A stretch of 64,000 bases of DNA, taken from the NCBI GenBank assembly GCA_036172245.1, contig JAYWIR010000003.1, positions 6,262,001 through 6,326,000 on the forward strand, read 5' to 3'. The DNA comes from Raillietiella orientalis (lineage: Eukaryota). The position numbers were made by a program, and so were the translations under genes. Positions 49,101-61,800 of this stretch are shown in pieces. Below the pieces are notes generated by a model. It was given only the letters and a program-made list of their open reading frames with translations, searched no databases and was not told the origin of the DNA. Position 1 is the first letter of the stretch. The number at the start of each line of letters is the position of its first letter.

Positions 49101-52100
49101 TGAGGTGAATGGTTTTCATTATTCCTGTGTTTTGCATTCATGTGAATTGCCTCACTGCACTTCTTATGCAAGGGGATGAAGTTGTAGTTTACAATTGGCA
49201 TCAAACAGTTTTCAATTCACATTCCAGAAACTGTTGTTGCACCAGTTAGCATTTTGTGGAGAGATGGGTGTTTTCTCTTGCTGCCAAATTTGTATAAATG
49301 TATTTGTGACCCCTTTGCAAACAGTTCCAGAGTTTCGTTTTCGGCTCGTGAAGGAAAATGGAAAGAATAAAATTGCTGTCGAGGAATGATCTTGTAATTT
49401 TTCTCTTAGATCTTTAGCCGTTTCACAATTCCAACTGAGTACATTGAAAAGCTCATGTTCAGGTACATACTGTGTTCATCTACTTGCGAGTATTATCCTT
49501 GAAAACTACGAAAATCAGTACACAACCTTGTCTGCTATTCTACCTTAAATTAGGAAGGTCGTTTTTGCCCTAATCCCAATCTTTCCAAACTTGTTTACGT
49601 CAGCTGTGGAAAGTGCTTCAGACGTTCCACAAATAAAACTCTTCTGTATTTCTTCATTCAGCACGGAATGCCTGCATGTGAGCAAGAAGGCGTCAGTACC
49701 AGTTGGGTGTTTATGTACTTCCTGAGGACACTTGGGCACGCCTATCCCATTTTCGTCTTCCGAATTGCTTTCCAGGCGCCAAAAAAAATTTGAAATAGCA
49801 TAGAAAGGGAAAGGGAACTCATGAATATGCGTTCATTACCAAACATTCCGCGTTTCCTGTTTTTGTATCACACTTGTTACCTGTTGACAACATATATCGT
49901 CACTGACAAGTGTCCAGTTAACTAGGGGGGGTTCAACTCTGGGGAACTAGCGGTGGGATGGGCTTCTTTTGACGTTTCACTTGCCACTGCGAGAGGATGT
50001 GGCTACGTGTGGTGGATCTGGTATTTGAAATCGAAGTGGTGGTTGATTGCTTACAAGATGGTTCTGTCACTGGAGCTGCCTTCTCACCTCTCGTTGTGCT
50101 TCTGGGAGTGCGATCAAGGCCCGTGTGTTATCAGGGAGCTTTCTTTTTGGTTGCTTGTGGGGGACGCCTGAGGGGAAATGAGCCGCATACACATCTTTCA
50201 GCCTTCATCTTGCAAATAAAGCTCGTCCGTCTCAGCCACGGTGTGATGAAACGCACTACCAAATGCACGTCAGCGTGTCTTCTGAACTTTGGTTCCGAAT
50301 TCGTTCAGAAGCTCAGGGAAGCCGTTGTCTACCGTTCCCCAGAATGGTGGTCGGAAGAGCACAAGTTGTGCGCGAGTTGGATTTTTATGTCATTTTCCAT
50401 ATTTGCGTGATTTATTTCATCAGTTTTCGTCAGCCGCCGTTCTTGGAAGCTGCCGCCTGAACAATCTGGGATTTATTCCTTCGGCGACGTATGTACACGT
50501 CTTCGTACTTCGGATGCTGTGCGTCGCGTATCCCATGGCGACGATAATGCTGCTCAGCACATCGTTAATTGTCTTGCTTCCGAGTTGTCCATTGCCCAAG
50601 TGGCCCCATGAAGTGTCTGTGAGCCGATTCTCACGATAAATGTCTTTTCTTGAAATTTCAAATGCCAATCGGAATCGCTGTTTGTTTACTTCGTGTGCGT
50701 CCGAATCCATAAGTGCAGTTTCGACTTGCCCATGCCAAGCCCGCGCGCAAGCGTGGCTTCGTAGTCAAGTCTGCGGGCGTTTGACGTTCAAAAGGTCACA
50801 GTGACGTACGTACATTTGGCCGACGACGACGAATTCGGACTCTGTATTTCCTGTATCGAATTCGGTGGACTGCGAAATGGGATGGGTGCCCAAAAATTCA
50901 CTTCCACGCCGATGACACACATCCATGTGCATAATTCCGGAAGCAAATGTGAGAACACCCTCACAGTTTGAAATTTTCATGAAACGTTTTTTTTTTTTTT
51001 TTTTCCTTTAAAAAGAAAAAAAAAAGAACGATCTGCATCCGAATGGAAACTTATTTTACAAAACTTTTTTTGTTACCTTTTTTCATTCCTTTCCTCTTTC
51101 ACATGAGCTCCAATTCCATTCCAGGCGCGTGCTGTTTGGCGGCTGACGTTGGCAGTTGCTGAAAATGATACATAAAAATGAATACATTGAAAATAACAAA
51201 TGATTTAGGAATCGAGCAGTTTCCATTAGGTTTGCACTTCGGCAAGCCCGTTGAAACTGTGGCTCTTGGTTTGTGCCCATCTCGAATTGGCACCGATGGG
51301 TGCACAAAAAATAAGTGATCTTTCACTTGCGGGGTTTTGCGTGCCCCGAAGTAACTCTTCTTGGTTTTCCAGGTCGCCATCTACTTTGCTGACCAGCTGA
51401 AGATCAGTGATATTGTGATCGAATTGTCAGAACTTATCTCAAAAGACGATTTTGGCTTCAAGCTGTTGCCTTCAAAGGTAAAGTTCCTGTAAAATGCACG
51501 TTTTTGGATTCAAAGGGATCTTGCGAGGAATGTTTCGAAAATTCGTTCTGTTATCTCCGAAGCACCGCTATTCCAAAGTAATGTTTTTTTTTTTTTTTTT
51601 TTCTTCGCCATGAAACAGTTTCGGCCTTCTCTTTGCGGCGTCCCTGATTCTGCCAATTCTATAGCCATCACTTAGTTAAATCTCGAATTTGATGATGGGA
51701 GGAATCGAGAAAAGATGCAAAGGCAGACGTTTGAGTGTGTTGCGCGTCGCAACGTCCTCGGGGATTATTATTTTCCACGTGCTTTCTTTTTCATCTTCAG
51801 TGATCCTTCCTGTTTGATCCTCCGGTCTGTCCGTGGTGCTCCTCATTCCTGCCTTCCTTTCCCCCGTCTTCTCATTGCACTCTTCCGTGAAGGTGTGTCT
51901 TGGAAAATGGATTGCCGCGCTCAAACGTGACTTCTTTGTGCAGTTTTCTAGATGGTCGTAATTCGGTATTGATCGGCACATTTTGTTGTTATCAGCGAAT
52001 CTCTGTGGGGCGCCACCCAACTGCCCACCCCACTTTCTTGCATCGCTTGCGCCGTCATTCTCGTAGGGAAAGCGCTCATCCTCCGAGTACCTCATTTGCA

Positions 52101-54734
52101 GTTGCCCCGTTCTGTTGGAAAGGGAACACTTCGTGTCTGAACGGGAAGGTCTTTCAGAAAACGGTCTGATCGTAGAGATTCGTCGCGAGCGAAAAGTTTT
52201 TGTGTGTGTATGTGTTCCATCCAATGGCACGGAAAGAATTCGGGTGCTGCTCCTCGATGGACCCCTCTCTCACTTTCCGGAGACGTTTCTTTCGTTGTGT
52301 TTGTCGAGCGAACGCGTCGTCTTCTCATTTCGCAAAAGTCAGAAACTTTTCCTTTCACCTTTGCTGCCGCTCACATTCGCGAGGCTGAAGCGAGCGGTGA
52401 TAGGGCCCCCGTGGGTTCAGTGGGGGTGGTGGTTCCCGCGAGGCTCGATCCCGACGCCCGAATCTCGAATTTGCCTGCGTGTTCGTAGTGCGCTGGACGA
52501 TGGGCCAGCTGCCTTGTGGAAGATGCAGGCAGATTCTTCCCGAGGACCAGCTGACGGGATGCCGACCTCACTCTCAAGGCGCCTCCCGCGCGTTTCCAAA
52601 GGCGGTCCTCGAAACGGTGCTTCCGTCCTCCGACGGCATTCCGTTCAGCTGCGCTCATCTCCCGAAGAAGAGAGTCCTCGACGGAGCGTCCGTCTGCCAC
52701 CTCGTGCGGCTCGATCCACGCGGGCGGTGTCGGCTGCGACGCCAAATGGGAATTCGCGTGCTTTTGGAAAAACCGCGTTTCTGTTGTCGCGCGCGTGGAA
52801 AGTTCTCCCATTCTCTTTTTACCATTCTGCATGTTCTAGGTGGAGATAAAGTTGAAAAAAGGCAGCGGTGTGCGATGGAAATCTCTGGTGAAATCGCAGG
52901 TCCCGAGTTCGATTCCAGGTTAGCTTTTCCTGATTCAGCACATTTCCCCTTTGCAGCTTCGGTGTGTTTGTGCCGTGCCGGAAGTCGCCCGGCGGCGGCG
53001 TGCAAGTGCGCTGTTCGAAGACGAGTTGTCTCGCAAAGTTCTGCTTGCTGGAGATCCATCGCTGGAGCGGCTGTGGTTGACTCACTTTCGCTAAAAGCCC
53101 CGTCCGCAGAACCGCAAGGGGTCGACCTTTGGTCATTTTCGTGCAAATTCGGATCGGATGGGCCTCCGTGAATTGAAAATTTCCGAAAATAGTCGCCTAT
53201 TCGAAGGGGCGTCATGTGCTGGGTGATTTATTCGGATTCGTCAGACGCCCTGTCTCGTGACCGGTGGGCAGAAAACAACGTGAACCGCGGTGTTTACATG
53301 GGAAATGTTGAAATTGTTCCGTGGCGCAAATGTGTGCGGCGCGTGGTGGGCGTGCGCGAAAAAAATTCGCTCTCGTGACCAGCTGCCCGGTGACCCCCCC
53401 GTGTCGAAAAGGCAAAAAAAAAAAAAAAAAAAAAAAAGGAGGGGGGGGGGAAGGGGACCTCGAAATCGGGGCTGCCGGCCATTCGGATCGGATTGTGCGA
53501 CGAGGAGGCGGAATCTCGACGAAAAGACGAAAAGGAAAGATCTCCGTCCGCAAATCGAAAAGCGTTTGTTTTCTCGGCAGAATCGCCCCGCCGTGGGCAC
53601 CGACCGAGGAGGAAGGCGTGCAGATGCAGCATCTCCGGCAGGGTGCGCGCCAAAATTTACAGATCTGCGAACTCTTTTCTGCGTTTCCTCGAGATGCCGG
53701 GAGATACGCGCTTCTCGATACTGTACGCGCGGTACTGTACAGTTCCTGTTGTGTGCGTTTCCTCCGCTCCCCTGCGGTGGAGTTTCCGTCCACTCGCAGC
53801 GGACTTTACCGCGCGGAATGCGGACTTTTGCACCAAAATGAACGAAACCGTAGAGTGCAGGCGAAAATGGATTTTCCTGTGGATCATTCTATCAGGAACT
53901 TGCGATCGTGGGTTCAAGGAAAGTAATGCAAAGCATGGCAAGAGTAAGTGCGAGTGTTATGGGTTGTATGGATTACGTGAACGTTATGACTATTGCATTA
54001 AAAACACACGCACACACACACGCATTTTATTTACACATTGAGGTAAATCCTAAGGCAGTATTCGAGTCTTTTCCTTCATATCGCTACTCTTGTATTGAAA
54101 ACGGACTTTTCGACTCGGCTAAAATCGTAGTACACACATCCTAGCGATTCACTTTGCTATCGATGGAATTTACGAGTTCGACTGTGAACGAATGACCTGT
54201 GATTGATGTTCAATTTATCTTAGAGTATCCGACGTCTGCTCCAAAAAAGTACAACTGGAACAAAATCGAAGCCGATGTGAAAGAAGAAGAGAAGCACGAA
54301 AAATTAGAAGGAGACGCCGCGCTCGCTCAGTTATTTCAGAATATATACGGCGAAGGATCAGATGAAGTGAAAAAAGCGATGAATAAGAGTTTTGTAAGGC
54401 AATTTTTCGTTTCTCTACAGATCGGCTTTTTTGTCGTTTCTTTGAAAGTTGCACGAAAATTTCGTTTACCATTTCCTTACATCTCTTGCTTATCCCCCAT
54501 GAGCACTTTGAGCGTCTCATCTCTAGTTTTCCGACTCCCTCGTCAACTGCTTGTCTTTCGTGCCTTCGTGTCTTTTGGCACGGTGGGGGTGGGGGTGCTG
54601 CTGCTGAGTGTTTCTGTTTGCTTCAGATGGAGTCTGGAGGGACTGTGCTTAGCACGAATTGGTCCGAAGTTTCAAAAGAGCGAACCGCAATGAAACCTCC
54701 GGATGGAATGGAGTTCAAAAAGTGGGATATGTGA
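45954..54734 (+). CDS. SUGT1: SGT1/SUGT1 Hsp90 co-chaperone (CS + SGS domains, no TPR), 6 exons, about 221 aa
   Basis: Exons 45954-46109, 51373-51477, 52840-52918, 53896-53943, 54224-54393, 54627-54734 join in frame. CS domain: [11 protein letters not shown]...LPSK|VEIKLKK..VRWKSL. SGS domain: [62 protein letters not shown]. Confidence 0.95.
46717..46763. repeat. Perfect 18-bp inverted repeat with 11-nt loop
   Basis: AAGTTTGTACTTGCAAAG-ACCAGTTTGTA-CTTTGCAAGTACAAACTT. Confidence 0.9.
51373..51477 (+). CDS. SUGT1: SGT1 exon 2 ([10 protein letters not shown]...FKLLPSK)
   Basis: TTCCAG acceptor, AAG|GTAAAG donor, phase 0-0, fills the expected gap in the CS domain. Confidence 0.85.
52840..52918 (+). 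CDS. SUGT1: SGT1 exon 3 ([26 protein letters not shown])
   Basis: TTCTAG acceptor, G|GTTAGC donor, CS-domain C-terminal motif EIKLKK..RW..L. Confidence 0.9.
53896..53943 (+). CDS. SUGT1: SGT1 exon 4, 48-nt linker exon ([15 protein letters not shown]), possibly skippable
   Basis: ATCAG acceptor, A|GTAAGT donor, phase 1-1 and no stop. It lies in the variable linker, so there is no homology support. Confidence 0.55.
54224..54393 (+). CDS. SUGT1: SGT1 exon 5 (SGS domain)
   Basis: CTTAG acceptor, TTT|GTAAGG donor, YPTS...AMNKSF. Confidence 0.95.
54627..54734 (+). CDS. SUGT1: SGT1 exon 6 ([12 protein letters not shown]...KKWDM*)
   Basis: CTTCAG acceptor and the highly conserved SGS C-terminus. 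Confidence 0.95.
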   Translation: MESGGTVLSTNWSEVSKERTAMKPPDGMEFKKWDM

Positions 54735-54831
54735 AGCGCACATTGAATTTCGGAAGAAGTGTTACGTTTTGTATTATGAAATTCCATGTTCTTCAGTACT
54801 TGAAACATATACAGCACCGAATGTGTAAAGA

Positions 54832-54837
54832 AATAAA
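54832..54837 (+). terminator. Putative polyadenylation signal AATAAA of SGT1
   Basis: AATAAA about 98 nt after the stop codon, followed by GT-rich sequence. Confidence 0.5.
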
Positions 54838-56949
54838 CGACACACAAGGCTTCATGTGTTGTACAGATCAATTCGTTTGTGCTGTTTTCATTTGTTCTTC
54901 GCAGTGGATGTGTGCATCCTCCGTAATCTCGCATCCTTTTGTCATTCTTCGCACATGGAGCAGGAGCCAAAGAATGAGGTGTCAGTGTCCTTTCCTGTCG
55001 ATGTCCTTATGATTGGGCAGATCGTTTCCCCACGCGAGATCAGTCGCGTCGTTCTGTGACCCCATGCGGAAGGCATATAGACACTTAAGCGTTATGTACA
55101 AAGAAAAACGGGTTGCCAGCAACCGTTGACCTGTCGGGGTATGCTGGAGCAAGAAGAGCCCGTTGGCCCCGTCTGCCTTGTGTTCAGCATTTCCGAAGAA
55201 AGTTCACTTCCTCGTTTGAAATCTGTGGAGTTGCAGAGCGTTTAGCGTCCCAGTGAACCACTCAGATCGGATCCGTGTTGCTGAAAACCGATCCAAGTGC
55301 ATGCTGACCCCGGGGCTCTGACCCGGGGAGGATATGCTGTCGCAGATGGTGTTGATCCCACCGCTTCACGTGCATTTCTGAAAATCCATGCTGCCCTCTT
55401 CCTCCCTGCCCGCAGGATGCGGAAGTCGCGCCGCCGCCATCCGTACAATTTCGAGTGACCTCGCCATCATCCCGGCGTCCGCGTGTGGGCACCGGTGCGC
55501 GAGTAAAAATGCGCCCCCATCCGGACAGAGCAAGCTTTCTGCAAGACGACAAATGAAAAGTAGCTTTCAGGGAAAGGTTACTTCCGGTCGTGGTGACCGT
55601 GGAGCAGCATCTCGTCCGCAGGTTCATCCGTTCTCCTGCTCGCCGTGGCCATCTTGAAAGTGGATTCTGCGCTGCGGATGAGTGAGAAAGACATGGATGA
55701 AAATCATCGTTCCGCACTCCCCTTGCAAACGCATTCTGTTCGTCCGCTTACTCGCACTTGGGAATGTTTCGTGTACTTGAACTCTTTTTAAATCAAAAAT
55801 CCGTTCACCACTCCTTTGCGCACGCATCGAAACCCATGATTTGTGCTCAAAGAAGTCCGTGCCATCAAATCCCGACAGGCAATCAACGCCACTAGCCCGG
55901 ATCCGGGCTTCAGTCGAATGCTCCTCAACGAAGGTACCGTGGGCTCAGGTTTGAAGAATCTTCAGCAACTCCTTTCCTTGTTTTCACGCACTCGATAATT
56001 TTCTGGTCGCTTTTGGTCTTTTACTACTCTCTACTGGGCTGGAAATTGCGCTTTGCTGAGGACCAGTCTGAAGTCTTTGCTCCTTCCAGTCTTAAGGGTT
56101 TTGCATGCCATCCAATACGAAAAAGCGGTTTTGCGATCACTGAGAGCCTCTAGGTATTCAGTATGCTTGGTGCATCCCTTTTAACAAATCTGTTCATTGA
56201 AAGGTGTGCCGTAAGAATTGAAGATCCAAACCCTAAAGACCACATTCAAATGCGTGTGACCAGTAGGGCGCATTCTCTTATTCCCGAGTGTTCACTGTAT
56301 TCGGAAGTATCACTGAAAGCAACGCAAATGTGGTCTTTGGAATTTGAATCTTCCGTGGGAAGACCAGAGTGTTCGAACATGAAATCCATTGGTGCCTCTC
56401 GCCAGCAACACGAAATGCACGTGGAAAGTGAAGGTAAGTAAAGGTTTCCCTTGACCCATTCGTTATCCGAGGCTTGGAACGTACCTCGAGGGATTTTGTT
56501 TCATGATAAGTTGCGCCCATTTGTAGACAAATGCCCCGATCTACCACTTAGGAATGGCGAGCGCTCCTCTAAAGGATGTTCGGCGTCAACACATCCGTAT
56601 CCAACGTGGCAGACCCTTTTCTCGCGGGCAGCTGTTTCAGAGCTCTCCGCATGATTTCGTGGCAACGCTCGCCGAGGAGATTGAGTGCAGTGGAAATTCT
56701 GGTTCGTGTCGCGGAAACGGACCTTGGGGTCCACAAGTCGGGGAAGAGTTGCGCAGTCCCGGGATGAAAGGACTACAGAAGTCGGCTAGAGTGGGCGCAC
56801 GTCGGATCTTCGCCCAGGGAGAGTCTCGGGTGACTGCTCATGGAATGACTTTCGACTCACCATAAGGAAGAAATCTGCATCGAGTATCTTCTGCGGTTCA
56901 AAGCAACGTGCCGTGGCGTTTCCCCTGACAGAGAATCACAAACATCAAC

Positions 56950-57640
56950 GCCAGCGTCGGAGGTTTTGTGGTTAAGGCTTCCGCGCGTGGCACCGTGCGT
57001 CGCGGGTTCGAATACTCTGGCAGAAACTGACACCACTGCGTCGTTGGTTTCCGAGTTTCTCCTGCAATGGCGCTGGTTGGCCGAGACATTCGGGCGTGGC
57101 ACCGGCGGTGGATAAAGCCGGAGGCCCCCCGATGAAGGCCGGAACAATGGGAGTCGACCTTCGGGTCCTTCCAGGAATCCAAGGAGTGAGGAGTTCCCCC
57201 TCCTGTCGTACAACGGAGAGCGGACCTCCATCAGCGGGGGTACCCTTCCGGTTTCAACATAGAGCAAGAGCCCTCACGGGTACCTCTCCTAGTTGTTCGA
57301 TGGAGCTGGACCCCCCTGAGCGGGGGTCACCCTCCGAGTCGTGCCTCTTCACAAAGTGCAAGGAAGCAAGCGAGAGCGATTCCCTGCGGTAAGCTGCAGC
57401 TCCCCTTCTGAGTTTCGGAAGCATCCCTTCGGGGTTCTCTTCAGAGTGGTGAACAGGAGCGGTTCCCTTGCGGGTTCCCTCCGGAGAAGAAATTCCTACA
57501 AGCGGATCCTTTCCGGATTCCCTTCGGAGAAGTTGAAATGCAGAGGACAGCCCCTCCCCATTGGGGGGTTCTCCTTCGGAGACAACCAGGGTGGGAGGTG
57601 CGATCCCTCCCCAAGCGTGAGAGGAACGGACTCCGAGCCC
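56950..57640 (+). mobile_element. tRNA-headed SINE-like element, copy 2
   Basis: 73-nt head GCCAG...CTGGCA (56950-57022) with B box at 57005-57015. The body is homologous to 44533-45115 with extra internal sequence. Confidence 0.7.
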
Positions 57641-60299
57641 TTCCTGGATTCATATAGGGCGGACCCATTCCCACCACTCCCGGGGTGCCCTATTCTGAAG
57701 AATTACGCCCCCTTACCGCAGGCGGAGAGGCGTGGAAACAAAACAGTGTGTTTAATGTTTAAAAAGAGCCACTGCGCCGCGAGGCACGCGACCGGCTCTG
57801 AGGTACTTAGCGAACCAAAAAAAAAAGAAAACTCTTGAAAAAAAAAAAAAAAAGCTGAAAGGAAAACACCACACAGAAGAATATCTGGGCTCATCGACTT
57901 GAGCCAATGGGAACGGAAGTTCGCGTCCTGAACTTCAAGAAGGAATTAACCCACGATGGAACGGAAGAAGGTCGAGAAAAACTTGCTGAATTTTTCTCAG
58001 CAAGTTGGACTGAAAGAGACCCACCCTGCACGCGCCAACGCTGCGGGTCTTCTCTCAGCCTCGGTCTGCAGGCGTGCGCCTTCAGGCCAAGGCCGAGAGT
58101 AGGTTCGGCAGTATAGGACGGTTTGTCTACTGAGCGAGCCAGGGCAGGAACACCGAGCTCCGGCTCAAGTGCGGCCCTGGACTGGCTCTTGCTGTTCCTC
58201 CCTCCATGCGACGCAACCAGCACAGCTCGCGTTTCCGAGGCAATCCCTGCCAGAAGGCGCTCCCGCGCAAGGAGAGGAAAGGTACACGCGCCATCACGAG
58301 GGCACTTGGGAAGCTCAGGTGTGCGCTACACGCAAGAGGATGGCGTGCTGTCCAAGCTGTTTTTTTTTTTTTTTTTTTTTCAATGCTTCGCTGCAGAGCA
58401 AGGTCCCCTGTTGCGGAAGCTTCCCTCGCTCTTCCGGCAGGCAGGCGACTGGCCCTCCTCTTTCCGTCCAGCGAAAGCAGGTTTCCTCCCTAAGAGCAGG
58501 CGCGCCCTCGAATGACGCAGGCTCAGCAACGGGTCCCTTGACTTCTGTGAGATCGGGAGCCATGCCACTGCTGCAACCGTCTCCCCGTCGCTTCTAACGG
58601 TTAGCATAACCCTTGGCGAGCTTTAAGCATTCGCACGCTGCTCCTCAGCAGAACATGGAGGCAGATCTGTTCCTCTCCCAAACCCTGGTTCGCGCTGCAG
58701 AGCGAGGCCCCCGCGAGAGTCAGTAAGAATAATGGTGATCCTGGGAAAGCGGCATCCCACAGGAGATGGCGGCAACGGGTGCTCCGGAAGTCACAATCGA
58801 TCTGTTCAAAGCGTTGGACTGTGTGAACCAGAAGTACCAGCTGGAGCTCTTAAATCTCCCACCCACCTTGTTGGTACCCTTGTGCTTTTTCTGAGCGGAC
58901 GCTCTAAGCTGCACGTCTTTCAGCAGTCGGCACGTGTATTGCGCGCCAGTGCGAATTGGAATACGTCGAGTCCTTTGCTGTTCAGCACCACTCTCTTCGA
59001 GGTGGTGCTGAACTCACATGGGAAAACCCTGGCGACTCGGCAGTCGTCTTCCTGTCTCTGTACGCCGCCCGTGTCGATGACGCGGACGGTGTCCTCGTGC
59101 TATCCGCGTCTAGCTCAGCAACATTGCGTGAGCATTGCTTACAGTTGATCTGTCGGAAAGCACTTATGTACCGAAGCTTCACGTTCTACACCTGTAAAGG
59201 AGAACTTCCCACCATGCAAGAAACATCCCAGCACATGATGCCTCCAGGGACGTTCAGAACACGCTGCAGGCACGGTCCTCGTGCAACGAAACAAAAGCGG
59301 AAAGTGTTGCTGAAACACAATCACCTGAAGTGACGGGAAAGAAAATTGTCTTCCAAACGATAAAAGTACTTCTCACGGGAACGGCAGTTGATCAAAAAGC
59401 AGGAGAGGCAAGTGACTTTCCCAGATGAGCCCATGAAAACAGAGTGCAGTCGCAATCTTGGTCACAAAAAGCACAGAAATGCAGCCGCAAGGCTATGTGC
59501 AAAGCCCAGCGGGAACAAGAATGCAGTAAGAAAGAGGCACTTGAGAAACAAGCAGGCCTTCCACGGTGGCCAGTCAGAAAGAGGAAGGCCTTACCGAACC
59601 GTACATGGTGGTTCTTTGACGACGGAATGTGTGGGTGTTTCATATTGTTTGATCATATCTGTTGAATGTATTCAAGCTTTGGATCCAGAGTTTGGATAGA
59701 TTGAGAGCATGAATACGCTGAATGCTTGGATTCAGATATATCCCAATGTTCCATAACATAAAAAGACCTATTTCAATCTCATAAGTTCACTTCGGGTAAA
59801 ACTCCATTCCAAAACACCTTTCGGGAATGCAAGTACGCTTGGGATGTGTATGCCTGAGATCCTTTACGCCCAGGCAGCCTCGTTGTTAAGGCGCAGGCAG
59901 TCTCTAGCAGGCGTCTCTTGAGGACGTGCCCTGGAAGGACAAGCAATCGTCTCCCCCTCCCCTGGCCCTCTCCTCAAAAAGCGCGTTGTCTTCACCTACC
60001 TTTCAGGAGCCCTCCCTTGTACCGGAGGCAGCCGGCGGCATGGTTGAGCTCACGGACGACGGGGACTGGACTTTCCTTCCATGGGCTTTCCATTCTCCTG
60101 CTGCCGCGCATTCAGAGGAGGCCCAATGCATGGACCCCTGCTCATGTAGGCACCATCGAACTGATCACTGTATGCCGTCATTTGAGGAGTAGGATAACGT
60201 CTTCCAAGGGCACAGGAATCATCGGAAGCAAGCTATAGGATACTGGTATAGCGCAGCAGTCCCTGTGCTCGAGCGCTGGGCACAGTCCCACGCTCTAAC

Positions 60300-61800
60300 T
60301 TCCGAAAAGACCACTCTCCTAGTAGTTTAGCAGCCCTAACTCCCATCTAACCAACTGTATACTGTCGATGTGGTCCCCCAGGATGAACAGTTTGTGGCCT
60401 AGAGGCATCCTTGCCACTCCTTGTGCCCTTTTCCAAGCTGGCCGAGAAGGCACTCGTTCGAAGTGGTTGGAGTAGCGCCCCAGTTGTTGGTCTCCTCTTG
60501 CTGCCAAATATTGGAGCTCGTTGGACGGCAGTAAACTCTCGGGCTACTCCCTGACATGGATGCCTACTTACTGCGGAAGGATTCCTCTTTCCACGCTTCC
60601 ATTCTGTAGTCGCGGTGAGACAAAAGGGAGTCGATCCTTCACCGCCAGTCTGGAGCCCAAAGGCGTTTCTCGTGGGGGTGCACCAGTGTTTGTTCCAGGG
60701 TCGCACGACGAACGCGAATACGCAAGTGGGGCTACAAGGTTTGCGTGCCGAGTCCCGCGTTCTTGACTACCAAGTCCTTAGACAGACTTTATTCGCGGTG
60801 CCCCAAGAGGGCTTTCTGAGCAGTACAGTTTTCCCGATGTCTCACTGCCGGAGGAGAGAACTCGATGTAAAGTATGGACTCAAGGAGCGTAGCACAGGGA
60901 AGCCATTGAGCAAGAAAGTCCGCTCACCAGGAACGGGTCCAATGCCTTTACCGCCTACTGAAGGCAGCCCGACCACGATCCCACGTTTGACAATCCATGG
61001 GGCACGCCAAGATACTTGAACACATAACTAACTGGGACTCCGAGTGGTCCATCTACCCTTCTCACTCTGTTGCAAGTGGGACGATCACTTACTTCGGTTT
61101 ATTAACGCGCATGCTGGCCCCACGGCTTATGAGCACAAAAAAGATAGCCAGAGCTGCTACTCGGATGATCAGCTGAGTCGTGAGGCCGACATACAGGAGA
61201 ACGAGGGTGGGTTTGTCAGACAGAATCTTCTGATATCCATTCATCGCTAATTCAAGATAAGCACTAAACAGCATCAGACTGGGGCTGAATCTCTCTGCCC
61301 ACCGACACACGGCACACTTAAAGGAAGCTGAAGGAAACGTTGGCTTGAGCTCTCTGTCATATGGAGCTCGAATAGACCGGCAAGGCACTCCAGAGGCCGA
61401 TGCTTCTCAGGACTTCCAAAGAGTAGCTTCTGATGGACACAACCGCATGTCATCTCCAGTGCCTCGAGCATTTCTTTTTGTGATCTCGACGTGCTCGTAG
61501 CAGAATGCGCACGATGCACTTATCCTTCCCTATGCTTCTCTGCGGCCTGAAACAGGACTGAGCGAGCGGCTTGGCTTCGACGGCACTTCCGGGTCCAGCA
61601 TGTGTCCGCCATGGGCTGGTCATGAGTCCCGTCGCCCGGGACCATCGCCCTCTCACAGCTCGCAGTTTGAGCGGCAACTTGAGATCTGAGTTCACGACCG
61701 TGATTGGACACCAGCCGTTGACGCTGCGCAAACATCACTCTTTCGGAAGACGCACCCCCTCTGGTTTTGAGGAAGCAGGAGTCCCACCTGTCTGCGAATC
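60300..61800 (-). mobile_element. Decayed non-LTR reverse transcriptase remnant
   Basis: NGWCPITVVNSDLKLPLKLRAVR (cf. NWRPIxLLNxDYK), FSPSLMLFSAYLE, MRVNKPK, FKYLGVPHG (~61000-61020) and AWKRAQGVAR (~60430), in order on the minus strand. Confidence 0.75.

Noticed and set aside
49410..49462. Possible extra SGT1 exon ([18 protein letters not shown]) with AG/GT ends
   Set aside because: At 53 nt it would frameshift exon 2 into a stop, and exon 1 already joins 51373 in frame to complete the CS domain. A poison exon cannot be excluded without RNA data.
52115..54041. Multiple 180-244 aa ORFs
   Set aside because: They lie in SGT1 introns and cross homopolymer runs. Only the short exons in other frames match Sgt1.
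37273..56137. Shared 18-mer AAAAAGCGGTTTTGCGAT at ~37273 and ~56120
   Set aside because: The match does not extend on either side, so it is too short to interpret.
56950..57022. Functional tRNA-His gene
   Set aside because: The anticodon and T stems do not pair properly and the sequence is the head of a longer dispersed repeat, so it is treated as a SINE head.
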